Assembly: GCF_964204865.1 (NCBI RefSeq)
Contig: NC_135252.1
Location: forward strand, 4,774,001-4,838,000
DNA from: Styela clava
Lineage: Eukaryota
DNA: 64,000 nt
Direction of reading: 5' to 3'
Every line of letters begins with the position of its first letter. Position 1 is the first letter of the stretch. This document shows, one piece after another, positions 1 to 13,213 of this stretch. The notes under the pieces are model-generated. The model saw nothing but the letters and a program-made list of their open reading frames with translations, was not told where the DNA came from and made no database searches. A program made the translations under genes and the position numbers.

Positions 1-2480
1 AGCTCTTGCTGGAGCTATTGACAGCACAGATTTAGTAGTACTGAACACCTCTTGTCCCACTAGAATAAATTTATCCCATAACAGAGTAAATAATTGGTCG
101 TTATTGGATTTAACAATAGCATCTCCCGATGTTGCCCATAGATGTAATACAATTGTGACCAACGAGTTACTGGGAAGTGATCACGTTATGGTTAAAACTT
201 ATTTTAACGTAACACAATTCGGTGACACAAGTAATCACATGGAATCATGGCGACTCAATAAAACAAATTGGGATAAATTCTCGGAATTATGTAAAACGCG
301 CATCAGTGAGAATATAGTCACAAGCGATATAAATGAATTCAATGATTTTCTTACAAATGCGATTATCCTAGCAGCAAATGAATCGATACCACGAACATAA
401 TCCTACACAAAAAATGACATCCCATGGTGGAATGCTGATTGCGACAAAGCCATACGGCTAAGAAAAGCGGCGTTCCTTAAAATGAAAAGGTCGATGTCCA
501 TCGAAAATGTGATACTGTATAAAAAACGTAAATCTGAAGCAAGAAGAATAATATTAAAGGCTAAGTTGCCATGATTACTGTAGCTCACTGGACAAGAAAG
601 AAAAACTCAGCAACGTATGAAAAATGGTTAGGCGCTTCACTAAAAGCAAGGTATACGAACAAATCCCCGGCCTTAAACACAAAGGTATAACAGCAATCGA
701 AGATTCTGAAAAAGCTGAGCTTCTGGCGAGTTCGTTCTCGGCGGTCAGTGGCAATGAAAACTACACCCCGAAATTTCTTCAAAGAAAGATCGCATTCGAA
801 TCCTCACATGACGTAACAATCTTCAAGGCTAATCACAAATTGGATAAAAATATCACAATGAAAGAACTTAATCAAGTTTTAAAACCAAGAAAAAGCACTG
901 CTCCAGGACTAGACAAGATTTGCTACGCGATGCTTATTAAATTGCCCGCAGAATGTAAAGACATATTACTCAAATTGTTCAATTTAAATTTATTCAAAGT
1001 ATTCCAGATACCTGGAAACGCTCTGTTGTAATTCCGATTCTTGAATCCAATAAACAAAAAGAACAACCATCTTCATATACGCCGATATCTTTAATTAAGC
1101 AATTTATGGGAGGTCTTGGAAAGAATTATAGTTCGCAGACTGAAGTGGTTTGTTGAAAAAAATGGCATATTATGTAGAGAACAGAGCGGTTTTAGGTGGA
1201 GGAGATCTACGACTGATGCATATATAAAATTACACGATGACATAATATATAAAGCTTCACCAAATAAAAGATATATAGGCTACTTGGCATTTTCTTAGAC
1301 ATGGAAAAAGCTTATGCCATGGTATGGAAAAGAGAACTGTTATACAAACTATATATCGTCTTTTAAGTATATTCTCATTAGAAAAAGGAATTCTTCAAGG
1401 GAGCGTAATCAGTCCACTGCTTTTCAATATAATGATAAACGATATGCCTAGTACTATTTCATCAGATAATGTTGGATTGTTTGCAGACGATAGCGCTCTA
1501 TGGCACATTGGGCTCAAAATTGAAGATTTAATCATTTCCTCTCAGAACTCGTTGATTGTATTCAGTCCTGGTGCAACCAATGGGGTTTTAAGATCTCGGT
1601 CACAAAATCAATAGTTGTACTCTTCACTCCACCCGAAAGAGAAAATTACCACCAATACAACTACACATAAACGTTGTAATACTACTAGTCAGGAATGAAG
1701 TAAGATACCTCGGAGTCTATTTCGATAGGCGCTTAAATTATAAGAGACGTATCGAATATGTTGTACAAAAATGTAGTAAACGGATTAATCTGCTGCGTTT
1801 GCTTATTGGAACTAGCTGGGGAGATAACAAATCCCCCCTTTTGTCATTGTACAGATCCCTAGTTCGACCCATTATTGAATATGGTATGGAAGCTTATTTT
1901 TCAGCATCAATAAATGCCATAAGAAAAATCGAAGTTATCCATGTCTACGCATCGCTGCAGGTGGCATGATGAGTACGCCTAAAATTGCTTTACAACTTTG
2001 TTGTAATGAGATGCCATCGAGTATACGACGACTACAATTTTGCCTCTTATATGAGGCTAAACTGCTAACATTTGTTGACCATCCTTGTCACGAAGTCATC
2101 GAGCACTCATGGCATGAGATATTTCCCAACTCTCCAACATTTCGTACATTTGCAAAGACTTTCGATATTGACAAATTGGAAATTAGTATTATTAAAGTCG
2201 ACGAAATTCCTTCATGGTATTTGGACGAAATTAATATTGACGATGCATTATCAAATATACTTTTACCTTGGTATACGCCCGACCAAAAAAAGCTATAAGT
2301 TTAGATTATATAAATGAATCCTATCAATCACACGTGCATAACTATACGGATGGATCAAAAATTGATGACAAATGCGGTGCTGCGGTTTATGTTCCATATA
2401 ATAATTCTCGTATGGGTTTTAGGCTAGACAAAGACTGTTTGTTCCTCGTTTGATTGCAAAGTTTTTGCAATATATAGTGC

Positions 2481-3745
2481 TTTAAGGAACAAATATGGTA
2501 TTTGCTATTGTTTCTGTATTTGCTGTTGTTCGCTGTCTGATTCTGTTGCTCTGATCCTATCTGATGAAAACATACTCATGATTCCAAATACATGTATTGC
2601 AATTGTATATTTACAAATACAAAGAACAGTTGGTTCCGAGTCATGACTGATGAGTCAGACACAAATACCAAGTTGCACTGCAAGCCCGCACGAGTTCGTT
2701 AATTAATTTTCCATCGTTATCCTTTTTTTCCCCCTAACGAATGGTCGCTTTTATGCTGGTTTTGGTATCCTTAGGGCAGGACGCGTTATCGTCATCGTAC
2801 CCTACAGGAGTCTAATTGTTACGTATTTTATGTCTAAGAGATTGCTTCTAACTTTAAGATTAGAATGACTTCAAGTTTAAACAGGTAACCTATTAACCAA
2901 AAGCAGCAAAATTACCCAATATCCTATACTATGCACCTACTATAGCTGCGGAGCAGTGGCCAAGCTTGGGCGTGCAGTGTAACAACATGTAACAGAATTC
3001 ATAAAAACAGGCGAAAGCGGAAATTATGATTTATGAGACAGGATTTGTGTGTGTTGAACAGTGTTTGGAAAGAAAAAGATTTGGCGTTGGTTTTTAAATT
3101 TAGCTGACAGATTACTACAATGCTTATCTCTAATACACTTCGTTCCACATTAATAAATTTTGAAGCGCTGAAAAGAAATAAAAAAATACGCGTGTTGCGT
3201 TAATGAGCTTTTCCGGCTATAATTGTGATGAGCCTCTTTGGGCGTTTAAAAATAAAAATAAAATGAGGATTTCACTTGCGTTTATGCAAATACATCCTAA
3301 AGCGCTGATTCGAAATACGATCGTATTTGTAATCATATTTTGAAAAAAATGTTTAAGTCAACGTAAAGTATAGTTAAAGAAAACGAATGCTAATATCTGC
3401 CAACATCGAATTAATTAGATATTTTTGAGTAAATTTGAGTAATAAGATATTTTCGCTTGTATTCCTTGGTTCATCGTACTGTCTGAAAATACAAAAATAC
3501 ACCAAGTTGCACTGCAGGCCCGAGTTTGTTAATTACTTGTCCATTGTTATCCTTTTTCTTTTAACGAATGGTCGCTTTTATGCTGGTTTTGGTATCCTTA
3601 GGGCAGGACGCGTTATCGTCATCGTACCCTACAGGAGTCTAATTGTTACGTATTTTATGACTAAGAGATTGCTTCTAACTTTAAGATTAGATTGAGTTTG
3701 AACACGTAACCTATTAACCAAAAGCAGCAAAATTACCCAATATCC
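2481..3745. mobile_element. Unclassified 1.27-kb insertion splitting the LINE RNase H domain
   Basis: TATAGTGC flanks both sides (2473-2480, 3746-3753). Removing the insert restores RNase H ...FAIYSAL-TW...IISDCMSA. No terminal inverted repeat seen. Confidence 0.7.
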
Positions 3746-3749
3746 TATA
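2667..3749. repeat. Pair of ~255-bp direct repeats (2667-2928 and 3501-3749)
   Basis: Both run accaagttgcactgca...gggcaggacgcgttatcgtcatcgtaccctacagg...attacccaatatcctata and are near identical by eye. Confidence 0.9.
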
Positions 3750-4836
3750 GTGCCCTTACATGGTCAAAAAATAACTAGAGAGGGAATATACTTATCATAT
3801 CGGATTGTATGTCTGCTATACACGCTATAAATAATAACTCGGATCAAATTAGTAATTTATCTTCAAATATTCAGACTTGTCTTTTTGAGTTACAGGAACA
3901 AGGATGCAAAATCACACTACTATGGGCTCCAGGACATGTTGGCATTCCGGGTAACGAAGTCGCCAACAAAATAGCAAAGGTATCAGCGGCGAAAGTCGGT
4001 GCGGACAAAAGATTATCCCAATCACGAAACAAAGTCAAATCACAAATTCGACAATTCTGCGCTAATAAATGGGATCAACATTTTATACAAAGTGACCAAG
4101 CGTTTCATTACAAGACAAATTTTCCCTCAATTGAAGACAGCATCAAGAATTCCACTTGGCCACCACGAATAATGGACAAAATTTTATTTCGACTTCAAAC
4201 GGGATATTGCCGTTTTTTAAATAAGCACCTCCATAAAATAGGATACCATAATAATGGACTTTGCGATTTCTGTAATGTTCCAGAGACAGTAAAACATTTT
4301 CTAATGAACTGTCGTGCATATAGAAATGAAAGACGCATACTAAAGATGAAATGCCGCGATTATGACATTGATTTTCAACTTAAAGCTATCTTACGCGACT
4401 CTAGCATTTTCCCTGCTCTTGTTGATTTTGTGAAATCTACCAAGAGAGTACTATGGGAATATACAAAGTTTGATTTAAATTGTCTGGCGCATAAGACTTA
4501 AATTGTTTAAAGCGCCATATACTTCCATACCACACACACATTACACAAAGATCGTCGAAAAAATACAGTTGTACAAACGTCATTACATTAATTACATATA
4601 TAAAATTACGGTAACCTGCTTGATTTCAACTACGTGCCATTGAAATATCCTAATTGTAGCATTGGCAAGTGCACATTCTTTAATTTTGAATTGTATTCAT
4701 CTATATAGATAGAAAGATGTTATGTTGAAATCTAAATGGGATCTAATAAAAATATATCAGTCGATATGTGCAACATGTTTTCCCGAGACCAACAAGAATA
4801 ATTTGCATTTTATTTATAATCTTTACATATTGATAA

Positions 4837-5666
4837 ATTTACTGGGTAGCCGACATAACAACTACGTTTTTACGGCACTTCATATTATGATTTTCGAATT
4901 AATGCGTTTCTGGGCTCTAAAAACAATCAAAAGAAGAAAAGGAATGGTAATGACTACTTTCATTCATCAAAACTTTAAACAAAAAATCGTATTTGTTTAA
5001 GTAGCATTTTAGGTAGCATAAAGTTAGCATTTAAATATTATACGAGTGAGTATAAAAGTATACCGAATCTCAGACATATAGAATATACTAAAACAGCTTT
5101 CAAATATGTTTATGTATGTATATATAAATTTCCTTCTTCTTCTCAAGATACTGATTGGAACTATTTGGACAGTAAGCATCACTTGCGGATTCATTCCATA
5201 TTATATGTTTTTTGGAGCCAGAATTCGAAAGCGTTATCACCGTTCTGTGAACTCAAGATGGCCTGCTTGAACACTCAACAAGGAATGGTGAGTTCCATAA
5301 TATTAAATTCCAAATAACGCGTATTCCATCATAGGACCAACAACATGATAAATATCAAAATCTTATAGGCGCGCAAACAAAAACTTGTTATAGGGATGTG
5401 TATGAGAGCTTGTTTAATGTATTCTTTCTTTGTTTTGTAGGAATGATCAGTACTTTTTATTGGTCAAAATCGCTTATCCGGTCTTTTTCCTTTTACCTTT
5501 TTGCAATAATGATCATCATGACAGTACATTTTGCAATCAGAAGCTGCAAAATCATTGGGACTAAGCATGAAATCGCACGTGGAGAGAACAAGAAAGAGTA
5601 GGCAGGCTGTGTTACAACAGATTCTCATTGTTCTCTCTTTTTTCATCGGATATATTCCGTTTACAA
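4837..5666 (+). pseudogene. Class A GPCR pseudogene, exons 4-6 (TM3-TM6)
   Basis: Exon 4 at 4837-4946 (YWVADITTT..TALHIM; frameshift, acceptor AG lost). Exon 5 at 5148-5287 (IWTVSITCGFIPY..RWPA*; TGA at 5268 replaces the ECL2 Cys). Exon 6 at 5441-5666 (frameshifted, QAVLQ..FFIGYIPF). Splice positions match the intact paralogues. Confidence 0.88.
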
Positions 5667-7218
5667 GTGAGTTAATTTTTTCAATACCATTACAATCGTG
5701 CCATTAGGTCACAGTGGTTCCCAACTTTTTCATATCGTGACACACTATGGAGATTTTGAGGCATTAAGTTTTTGTGTTCGAGATATGAAATAATCGTCAA
5801 TTCTTCCACGCTTTCGTGAAGTAGTGCAATTCTAAATTTAATGAAGGTTTTATTATGTTTCATTGTATCAAAGTTTGGACTACCACGCGTTTTCTAAATC
5901 CTCATCCTAAAATCCTCGACTCCTTTTATCTCAAAGTACTGAAGATTTTAAATCTATTGGTCCAGTAGTTGCAGTGAAGAGCGATTTTCTCCAACAGTGA
6001 AAATCGTCTGTTTACAAAAACAAAATTAAAGCGAAACAATCAGTATATTATGTGCACATAGATTGTAATAATTACATTGGTTTTAAAAAATAGATGGATT
6101 TGAAAAGGAAATTAAGTGAACAAATGGAAAAAAGAGTTTAATTGATATAAAATATCGGTAAAGCTTCATCTGAGCACCGCGCATAAAGGAATGCCGCGTG
6201 GTTGCGCAATTTTCGAAAAAAATTAAAATTTAAATCGGACCACATGATAAATAGGAAAAAAGGGAAAAATAGCCTTTCGGCAACTTATTCAATCGTTGAT
6301 TACTGAATATGTAAAATAGATTGTCGCTTGAAGATTGAATAGTTGTTCAATAGGTTCAATTGTGACGGAGAAGAGCGATGTTTTTACAATAACAACAACG
6401 TCAATTTTTCAAGCGGTCTATATTCATACTTTCTGTCCAATAATAAGTGTCATATAGCATAGGAACTACTCAAAACAAATTTATATGGATGCTAATAAAG
6501 GTAACCTCACAAGACGAGCTGTGCATCATTTGGTAATTGTTATGTCAATATCTTTGTCGTTGGGCTGTTCTTAATATAGCGATTTCTCCTATATGCAGAA
6601 AATATTACTTTCTACCTTATATCTGTCATACCACTTGTCAAAAATAAAACACGACATGCCTGAATTTTCACTATTACTGTATCATTGCTTACGTAGGAAA
6701 CCGCTTTTGACACCAGATGTTTTGCTATTTTTGACTAAGTGTACTAAAAATAGTAGGCAATGTTTGAGGGGAAAAACAATGGTGTTTCATGCACCTGCGG
6801 CTTGAATAGTACAAATGAAAAAATGTTATGTTGAGATGTTAGGATTGGGTTTGTTTCACTCAGAGGCATTTGAAATAAAAGTGCAAACTTTTTGCCATAA
6901 AAGCCTCTCAAATTGCGGAAACTTAAATATGTGAGGTGAAGAGCTAATGATAACTCAAGATAGGTACTTACACACTGTGATACATTACATTGATCTTCTA
7001 CATACATACAGATAAACGTATTATTACGTTATTTATTATTAATTATATATATTCAACGGTCATCGAAATTGGTCATGTCACGCTTGTCAACAACAAATCG
7101 ATTCGGTTTTGGAACACATCGTTTGGTTCTTTCCCCTTCCATATGGACTGGTGATATAAATATTCCTCAGCACCTTATCGTCTACTATGGTCTGGTTGTT
7201 CCGAAGAAGAAGGGGTCG

Positions 7219-7226
7219 TATAAAAG
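7219..7226 (+). promoter_or_regulatory. Candidate TATA box of GPCR copy 1
   Basis: TATAAAAG ~120 nt upstream of ATG 7340, conserved in the duplicate at 15609-15616. Confidence 0.45.
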
Positions 7227-7339
7227 ATAAAAGCAGTGTTTGTTTACTTTAAACTTTACTTGAAGAGATTTTTCCAAGAAAGCGGCTGTCTTCTCATCTG
7301 AAAGAATATTAGTTTCTGCATGCTGTAGTTTTAAATACA

Positions 7340-10300
7340 ATGAAATCAACAAATATGACAAACTACAATGCCGTTACTCCAGTAAACCATTTTTCGGTTG
7401 GCAATTCCTCCTCGCATATTGAGTAAGTAAGAGTACGATGGGATTAACGGAATTTGGAATCGCTGAATTTCATCACAATACTATTTAAAGTTAGTGGTCG
7501 ATAACAGAGTTAATAGTGAAAAGAACTAAATTCTTTGTTTACTCGGTTCTGAATACATTGATCATAATGTCATTTCGTATTATCCAATTTCTCAAGTTAG
7601 AAGTTGCAAACCCATCTTTAATATCCTTTCCTCATATATATTTTTACGAGTAAAAGTCCAGAGAATAATCCATGAATTTTTTTTAAAGGAACAGAAAATG
7701 AAAGTACTCCAATTTCTATTTCAGACCGTACCAACGTCCGTTTGATGATTTAGGAATCCAGTTGTCTGGAGTCATCATATTCACTTTTTTAATCATTGGA
7801 ATAGCACTAAATTTATTGACAATTCTTGTGATATGCAAATACAAAAAGCTAAGGTCAGTACAAAATTTACAAATACTCACTGGGATCGACTATATTAGGA
7901 CAATCAAAAACATGTGAAAGCTGAATGTTTATTGTTGTCAAATAATGTTATGATGTCTATTCTCCAAGATAGCTATTTAGTTCATATCACACTGGTGGTA
8001 TTTAACTTGTTTTCAAAAATATTAGTTAGGGAGTGAGTACACAAATCTACCAATGAAGTATTGTAGCCAAGGCGTATCTAGAGGGCAGCCATAGGGTAAA
8101 CCGCCCCGGAAAGCACGTAGGGGTGTGTTTGTTGCTTGATTTGATGATTTGGATGAAAATAATAAAAACATTTTACTCGTACTTGAGCTCTAATTTGTTT
8201 ATTCTCATGTATAATTTGTTTATCCCCAGGATTATTTTTGAAGTTAGGTATAAGGAGCATCATTATCAGGAACTCGCCCTGGGAAGCAGAAAAGTTTGAT
8301 ATGCTCCTATTAAAATTAAATGATTAATTATTTTAGTTGACTTATGATTCAAAAATACTTCATTTCATCGTTCACAGAAATTTGTTCGTGTATTTCATAT
8401 TTTCTCTCTGTGTTTCTGACTTGATATCTGCAATCATCAGTTCCTTGTTTTGGTATCGACGAACTCTAGGATTTGATTTGTGGGAGATTCCAGATTTTTT
8501 CTGTAAGGTGAGCTTTAGACGGGACCTTGGTACGAGTTGAGAATGACTCTCTTTGCATTACTCACTGACTCGAGTTCGAGAAAATGGTTATAGCCTGAAT
8601 AAAAAAAGCCCGTCGTGTAAAAGTGGTTTCTGTACCCGGTTTCCCGGCATGTCCTTATTCCCAGAACGGTTGATTTTTAATCTATCAGAATAACTTACCT
8701 AACGTTGTAACGTGGCTACCTGCGTTTCTTTTGAAGCTTTAAGGTTTACGCATTATCGAAATAGCTTTATATTTCTGCATTTTCAGTTTTTTTGGGCTGC
8801 AGATATAACGACTACTTTTTCTACTGCTCTTCATATCATGGCGTTTGCTGTTCTTCGTTGGATCTGGCTGAATTTCCCAACTAAAAAAATAAAAACGCGT
8901 ACAGCACTGGTAAGTAGACGGCTTTTATCTAAGACTTATGAGATGTATGAATGTGTACGTTTAACTACTAGATCTTTTGTTAGCTGAGCTGATCATGTAC
9001 TATAAAATGTTGCAAACAAAACCTTGCATTTTTATTGAATGTTAAAGTGACGATGCAAATTTGTTCCGTAGATATATAGGTGTGCTATGTTCCACTGTGT
9101 GGAAATGTGCTATACAAACATTAGCATGAGGCCTGATGCAATATATTACAAAATCAATCAGTGGGGGAAAATAACGACCTAATATATTTCTAATCAATAT
9201 GCTGCTTCGTTCCTGCCGAATCAAATTTGTGTGAAAACAGTATTCTGGCTTGAATATAGTCAATTGAGGGTTTCGTACGTTGCTGTAGAAGGGATAAAAG
9301 TTAATTTGCTTTAAGATTATCATTTCCTTGATATGGTTCTTGTGCATCACCTGTGGATTTGTGCCGTATGCGATCTTCTGCGGGTCTCGAATACGTGATC
9401 GATACGGCAAGACAATGGATGCAAGATGGCCAGCCTGTACTTTAAATCCAGAATGGTTTGTAGTCAATAATATTAAAAAATATCAGTCATAAAGTCATAA
9501 ATATCAGTCATGGTTTGCTGGTAATATTTCCACAGGTTTCCCTCGTGTTGCAAATTTGAATACTTCAGATTAGCTCCTAAATGACTGATGTCACGATAAC
9601 ACACAAATTTGCATAACTCGCGAAATTACACAATTCGAATAATGCATACGAAGTATAATAAGCCAGGCGATGTCAATATTTAGAGTTGTTCAACTAACAT
9701 TCTCTCGTTTGACCATTGGCAAATTCCAGAAGTTAAGCATATTTTGTCATGAGTGCGGACTGTTTATTCTGGTGTGCAATGAGTGAAATATGAAAAAGTT
9801 GCAATATGCTGCTCAGTATTTTCGCAGCAAAAGCACAATAATAACATCGAGGGCGTTTCAATCTCAATAACGCTGCAATCTGGTATCAATGACCATATTT
9901 GCAGCAAAAGGTTTTTCAGTGCAGGTTAAAATTTACACCTAAGGAGTTAACATTTCCAGATGAAAAACTAGGATTTAATGTTTTGCAGGATTATCGTGAG
10001 GCATAGCAACAAAACAATAGTTTTAAATTTGAACGCCTATTAATCCAATAGTGGAAAAATACTATATGGCAAAAAGACGTAGTAAGCTAAAGAGACTTCT
10101 TTTTTATTTCGCAAATTGTTCATTTTTTTACTGTTCACACAGAAAGTACTATTGATATTACCGTCATAGTCCACGAATGTCGAACCACTGGCCCCTCACT
10201 TAGCACATTTTTACATTTTTGGCGCTTCCGTAGTATGTGCAACAAGATGGCGGACACCTGAACATAGTATGTGTATCAGATTGGGGGTTAGGCCCTAATT

Positions 10301-11997
10301 TTATTCCATTTTTTCTTTGTTTTAGTTCTATTACGAGTTCGGGGACTAGCCAAGTGACACCCGTAGTATTTGTACCTGATATTATGACCTAACCCTAACC
10401 TGATAAACATACTACGTTCCGGTGTCCGCCATCTAGTTGCACATACTACGGGAGTACCTTTTTTTTCGGTGACCCGTCGAGTCACAACTTAATGAAATAT
10501 ACATTCCGATGATGAAAAATTGATAATAAAATTGAAGTCTAAAGTCAATAACTAAAAGGTCGACTTTGTTTTGACATCCAGGATCGAGGAGTATTTGTTG
10601 TTTCAAAGAATTGCTTTCCCGATTTTCCTATATGTGCCTCTCGGAGTGATTGTTATTGTTTCTGTTATTATTGTCGTCCAACTGCGGGCATCGATACAAT
10701 CTGGAATAGGAGACGCTCTCGGTAGCACAGCTCGAATGAATAGGAGGAGGCAGATCATGCAGGCCGTTTTGCAGTTAATGTTGATTGTGATATCGTTCCT
10801 AATCGGATATGTTCCATTCACAGGTGAGTTCAAACTCTTAACTTATCAAAGACCACGAAAAAGTAGTTTTATGACACTCACTCAGTCCTCTATGACGTCT
10901 CTTATAAAACAATACAATCAAGCCATAACACGTGAAAGACCAAAACTACACCGCATTGATAATTTTTTTGTCAACAAATTGAACAGAGGATAGATAGATA
11001 CTCAAATGTTGATGATTCTAGACTTTTGTGAACTTTGGGTCTTCAATTCTAGTTGAGAAAACCGTCAAAACATGCAGGTTGTTTCCAATCATACATTTTA
11101 TAGTATTGTATTATTTGACACATCTTCTCGCAGAGTTTTTTTTTTTTTTTGATAATTAATATTATATTTTAGTCCTAAATGCTATGGACGTTTCCCCGAC
11201 CCCTGAAAGATTCTCCCTATGCTTTATCATTGCAAAATTTTTAACGCTGATTTTGAGAGGGTTTTGGAAAGTTTTCGCTTACAAAACGGCCCACATGTTC
11301 AAAACTATCGTTTATATTCAAAACAATAAACCACGTGCCGCTTATAGATACTAATATCTAATTTTATGCTAGTCTATCGCAGAGCTTGCGGTATCAATTT
11401 TTGATGATTGTAGCCTAACTAAAAGTCCCCGGAAGACATAGTGACAATTAATTTATTTGATTTACAACTATTTTTTGTAAACATAACTAAAAACTGTCGA
11501 ATAACACCAAAAGAGGCAATGTTTACAACCACGGTTGAATTTCTGTCCGAGCGAAAGAAGTGTTTGAGCGGCGGCATAAATTCCAATTGTTACGTCATTG
11601 TTAATCTTTTGCTGATTTATGATTGTTACGGAAATAAACAATGAAATCGATGCTCGGGGAAACATCCATACATTTTTAAATATTGTATAAAAACACCTAT
11701 TAATTTTGCATTTTAGCTTACGAATTTTGGAGTTTGCAACATCACCCAAATACTCGTTATCACCGAGTTTTCGATTACTGGTTCGGAATGTCTGAGTATC
11801 TTTGTATTAGATTTTCGGAATGCCTAAATCCTATCTTTTACAATATTGGTTCGAGTAAAATGAGAAAATGTACTATCAGGTATATCAAAGAAAAATTCGG
11901 AGTGAATGAGCCCCAAATTGGAAACACGTGGATCACTACAAACAACGCATCAAGAAGGCAGCTTTCTCGAATAAATACCAATTCAAGGCATGCATGA
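7340..11997 (+). CDS. Orphan class A (rhodopsin-like) GPCR, copy 1, 7 exons, 375 aa
   Basis: Exons 7340-7422, 7725-7853, 8378-8507, 8787-8909, 9316-9455, 10582-10823, 11717-11997. All introns are GT-AG and the joined 1128 nt frame is open. N-glycosylated N-terminus, TM1 N, TM2 SLCVSD, ECL1 W..C, TM3 LRW, TM4 W, ECL2 WPAC, TM5 P, TM6 FLIGYVP, TM7 NPIFY. Confidence 0.93.
10221..10458. mobile_element. MITE (GG..CC ends, long TIRs); related copies or fragments at ~21368-21585, 22177-22250, 29140-29270, 34640-34840
   Basis: TIR ggcgcttccgtagtatgtgcaacaagatggcggacacc / ggtgtccgccatctagttgcacatactacgggagtacc; absent from the same intron of copy 2. Confidence 0.8.
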
Positions 11998-13213
11998 TGC
12001 CAAAAATAACACATATTTGTGGTAACAAAAAAATCGCTATTTGTTATTTGAATGCTTTTGGACACGTTTAGTGGCCATAACGATCGTTTCAAAATTTTGT
12101 TGTTATTGTTATTTTCTTTCGTCATTATCTTTAAAAAATCGCTTTTCTCTTCGAATACTGGACCAATTGCTTTGGAATTTTCAGTGGTTCAAGATTGATT
12201 TTTTTGCCAGAAGGCTATTACTTTCATTTATTCCTGAATTTTCTATGAATCTCATGAGATATAATATTTCATCCAAAAATGCGCTGTATTAATTTTTAAT
12301 TATGGGAACACGGTTTTTTATCCGCCAAGCGTGACGGCTGACTGTGAAAATTCGTCAAAGGTAAACCCTGCTTCGCTCTAGTCCACGTGTCCATATATTT
12401 GAGCGTTGCTCTCTTGTTTTTTTATATATTTTCGCGTCAATTCATAATTCATTATTGTAGGTATGTAGTCTACCGATTTCAAGTACATTATAGTGTTTGG
12501 ATTGATTAAAAATGAAATGTTGATGGGAAGTTTAGTGAAAACACATCAATCGTTAACCGGTTGAAATTGACCGGAGCGTGGCGTTTGACGTAATGAGGTG
12601 AAATTTAGAATTCTTACGTCATAATGGTTCCAGAACAGTTCTGGTACACGGGAGATTGGAGCGATGAAGGAGCAGTGAATCCAGGTTCAAATATATAGCG
12701 GGAATGGCGCAAAAATATATGTGTGTGCCTGCTATCAGAGTGTGTATTCAGAACGGCAATAAATATAGTGAATACAAAGCATTCGTCACTATTTTCCCAA
12801 AATGTCGATTATGCTAATGTCCTTGCGACAGAAGGCGCACTTATTGGATGGCATTTAATAGACGTTCTTGCAATAAAATCGTGGAAATTATATTCTGATT
12901 TTATGGGAGGTGATTCTGAACTTGTTATTGTCAAGTTTTCATATTATCAGTCAAGCGAATGAGACGTTTGAAAACTTCCAATCCTATAAATACTTTTTCA
13001 TTGAACCTGGTCTAGTAGGTCTGCCAGATCATCAGCTCAAAAATGAAAGCAAGACAGGACAAACAGTGCAGTGCGCACTTATTAAATTTTCTGCTCTTAA
13101 TAAATTTTAATTCTTATCTTTTCCGTAAATCCCTGTCCGTTATGTTTTCATCGTTTTTTACCTGGGTTGAGCTAAATAATTACGAATGAGAGATGATTTT
13201 TCGGTGTTTGTAC

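Larger units (their letters stand above)
1..4501 (+). pseudogene. LINE ORF2 (endonuclease-RT-RNase H) remnant with many stops and frameshifts
   Basis: ORF pieces 104-400, 624-1031, 1116-1298, 1324-1614, 1966-2298, 2268-2453 and 3809-4501 are collinear with LINE ORF2 domain order. Confidence 0.9.
1..4540 (+). mobile_element. Degenerate non-LTR retrotransposon (LINE, I-group with RNase H); 5' part lies outside the window; interrupted by an insertion at 2481-3745
   Basis: Fragmented ORFs give the APE endonuclease C-terminus (LDLTIAS..LGSDH), RT motifs (QSGFR, QGSVISPLLFNIM, LFADD), RNase H (YTDGSK..GAAVY; SDCMSA; WAPGHVGIPGNEVA) and a C-terminal CCHC knuckle (CDFC..ETVKHFLMNC). The 3' end has a stem-loop TGGCGC..GCGCCA and a (CA)n tail at ~4531-4540. 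Confidence 0.93.
5929..12000 (+). repeat. Segmental duplication unit A (upstream region plus GPCR copy 1), paralogous to ~13981-21005
   Basis: Upstream region, introns and exons align collinearly from tctcaaagtact.. onward; differences are mostly copy-specific TE insertions. Confidence 0.88.

Noticed and set aside
2560-2670. CTGATGA motifs at ~2562 and ~2648 (also ~25047) as hammerheads
   Set aside because: No correctly placed GAAA with stems I and II.
5268-5270. TGA at a conserved Cys codon as selenocysteine or readthrough
   Set aside because: The same gene has frameshifts and a lost acceptor, so a simple nonsense mutation in a pseudogene is sufficient.
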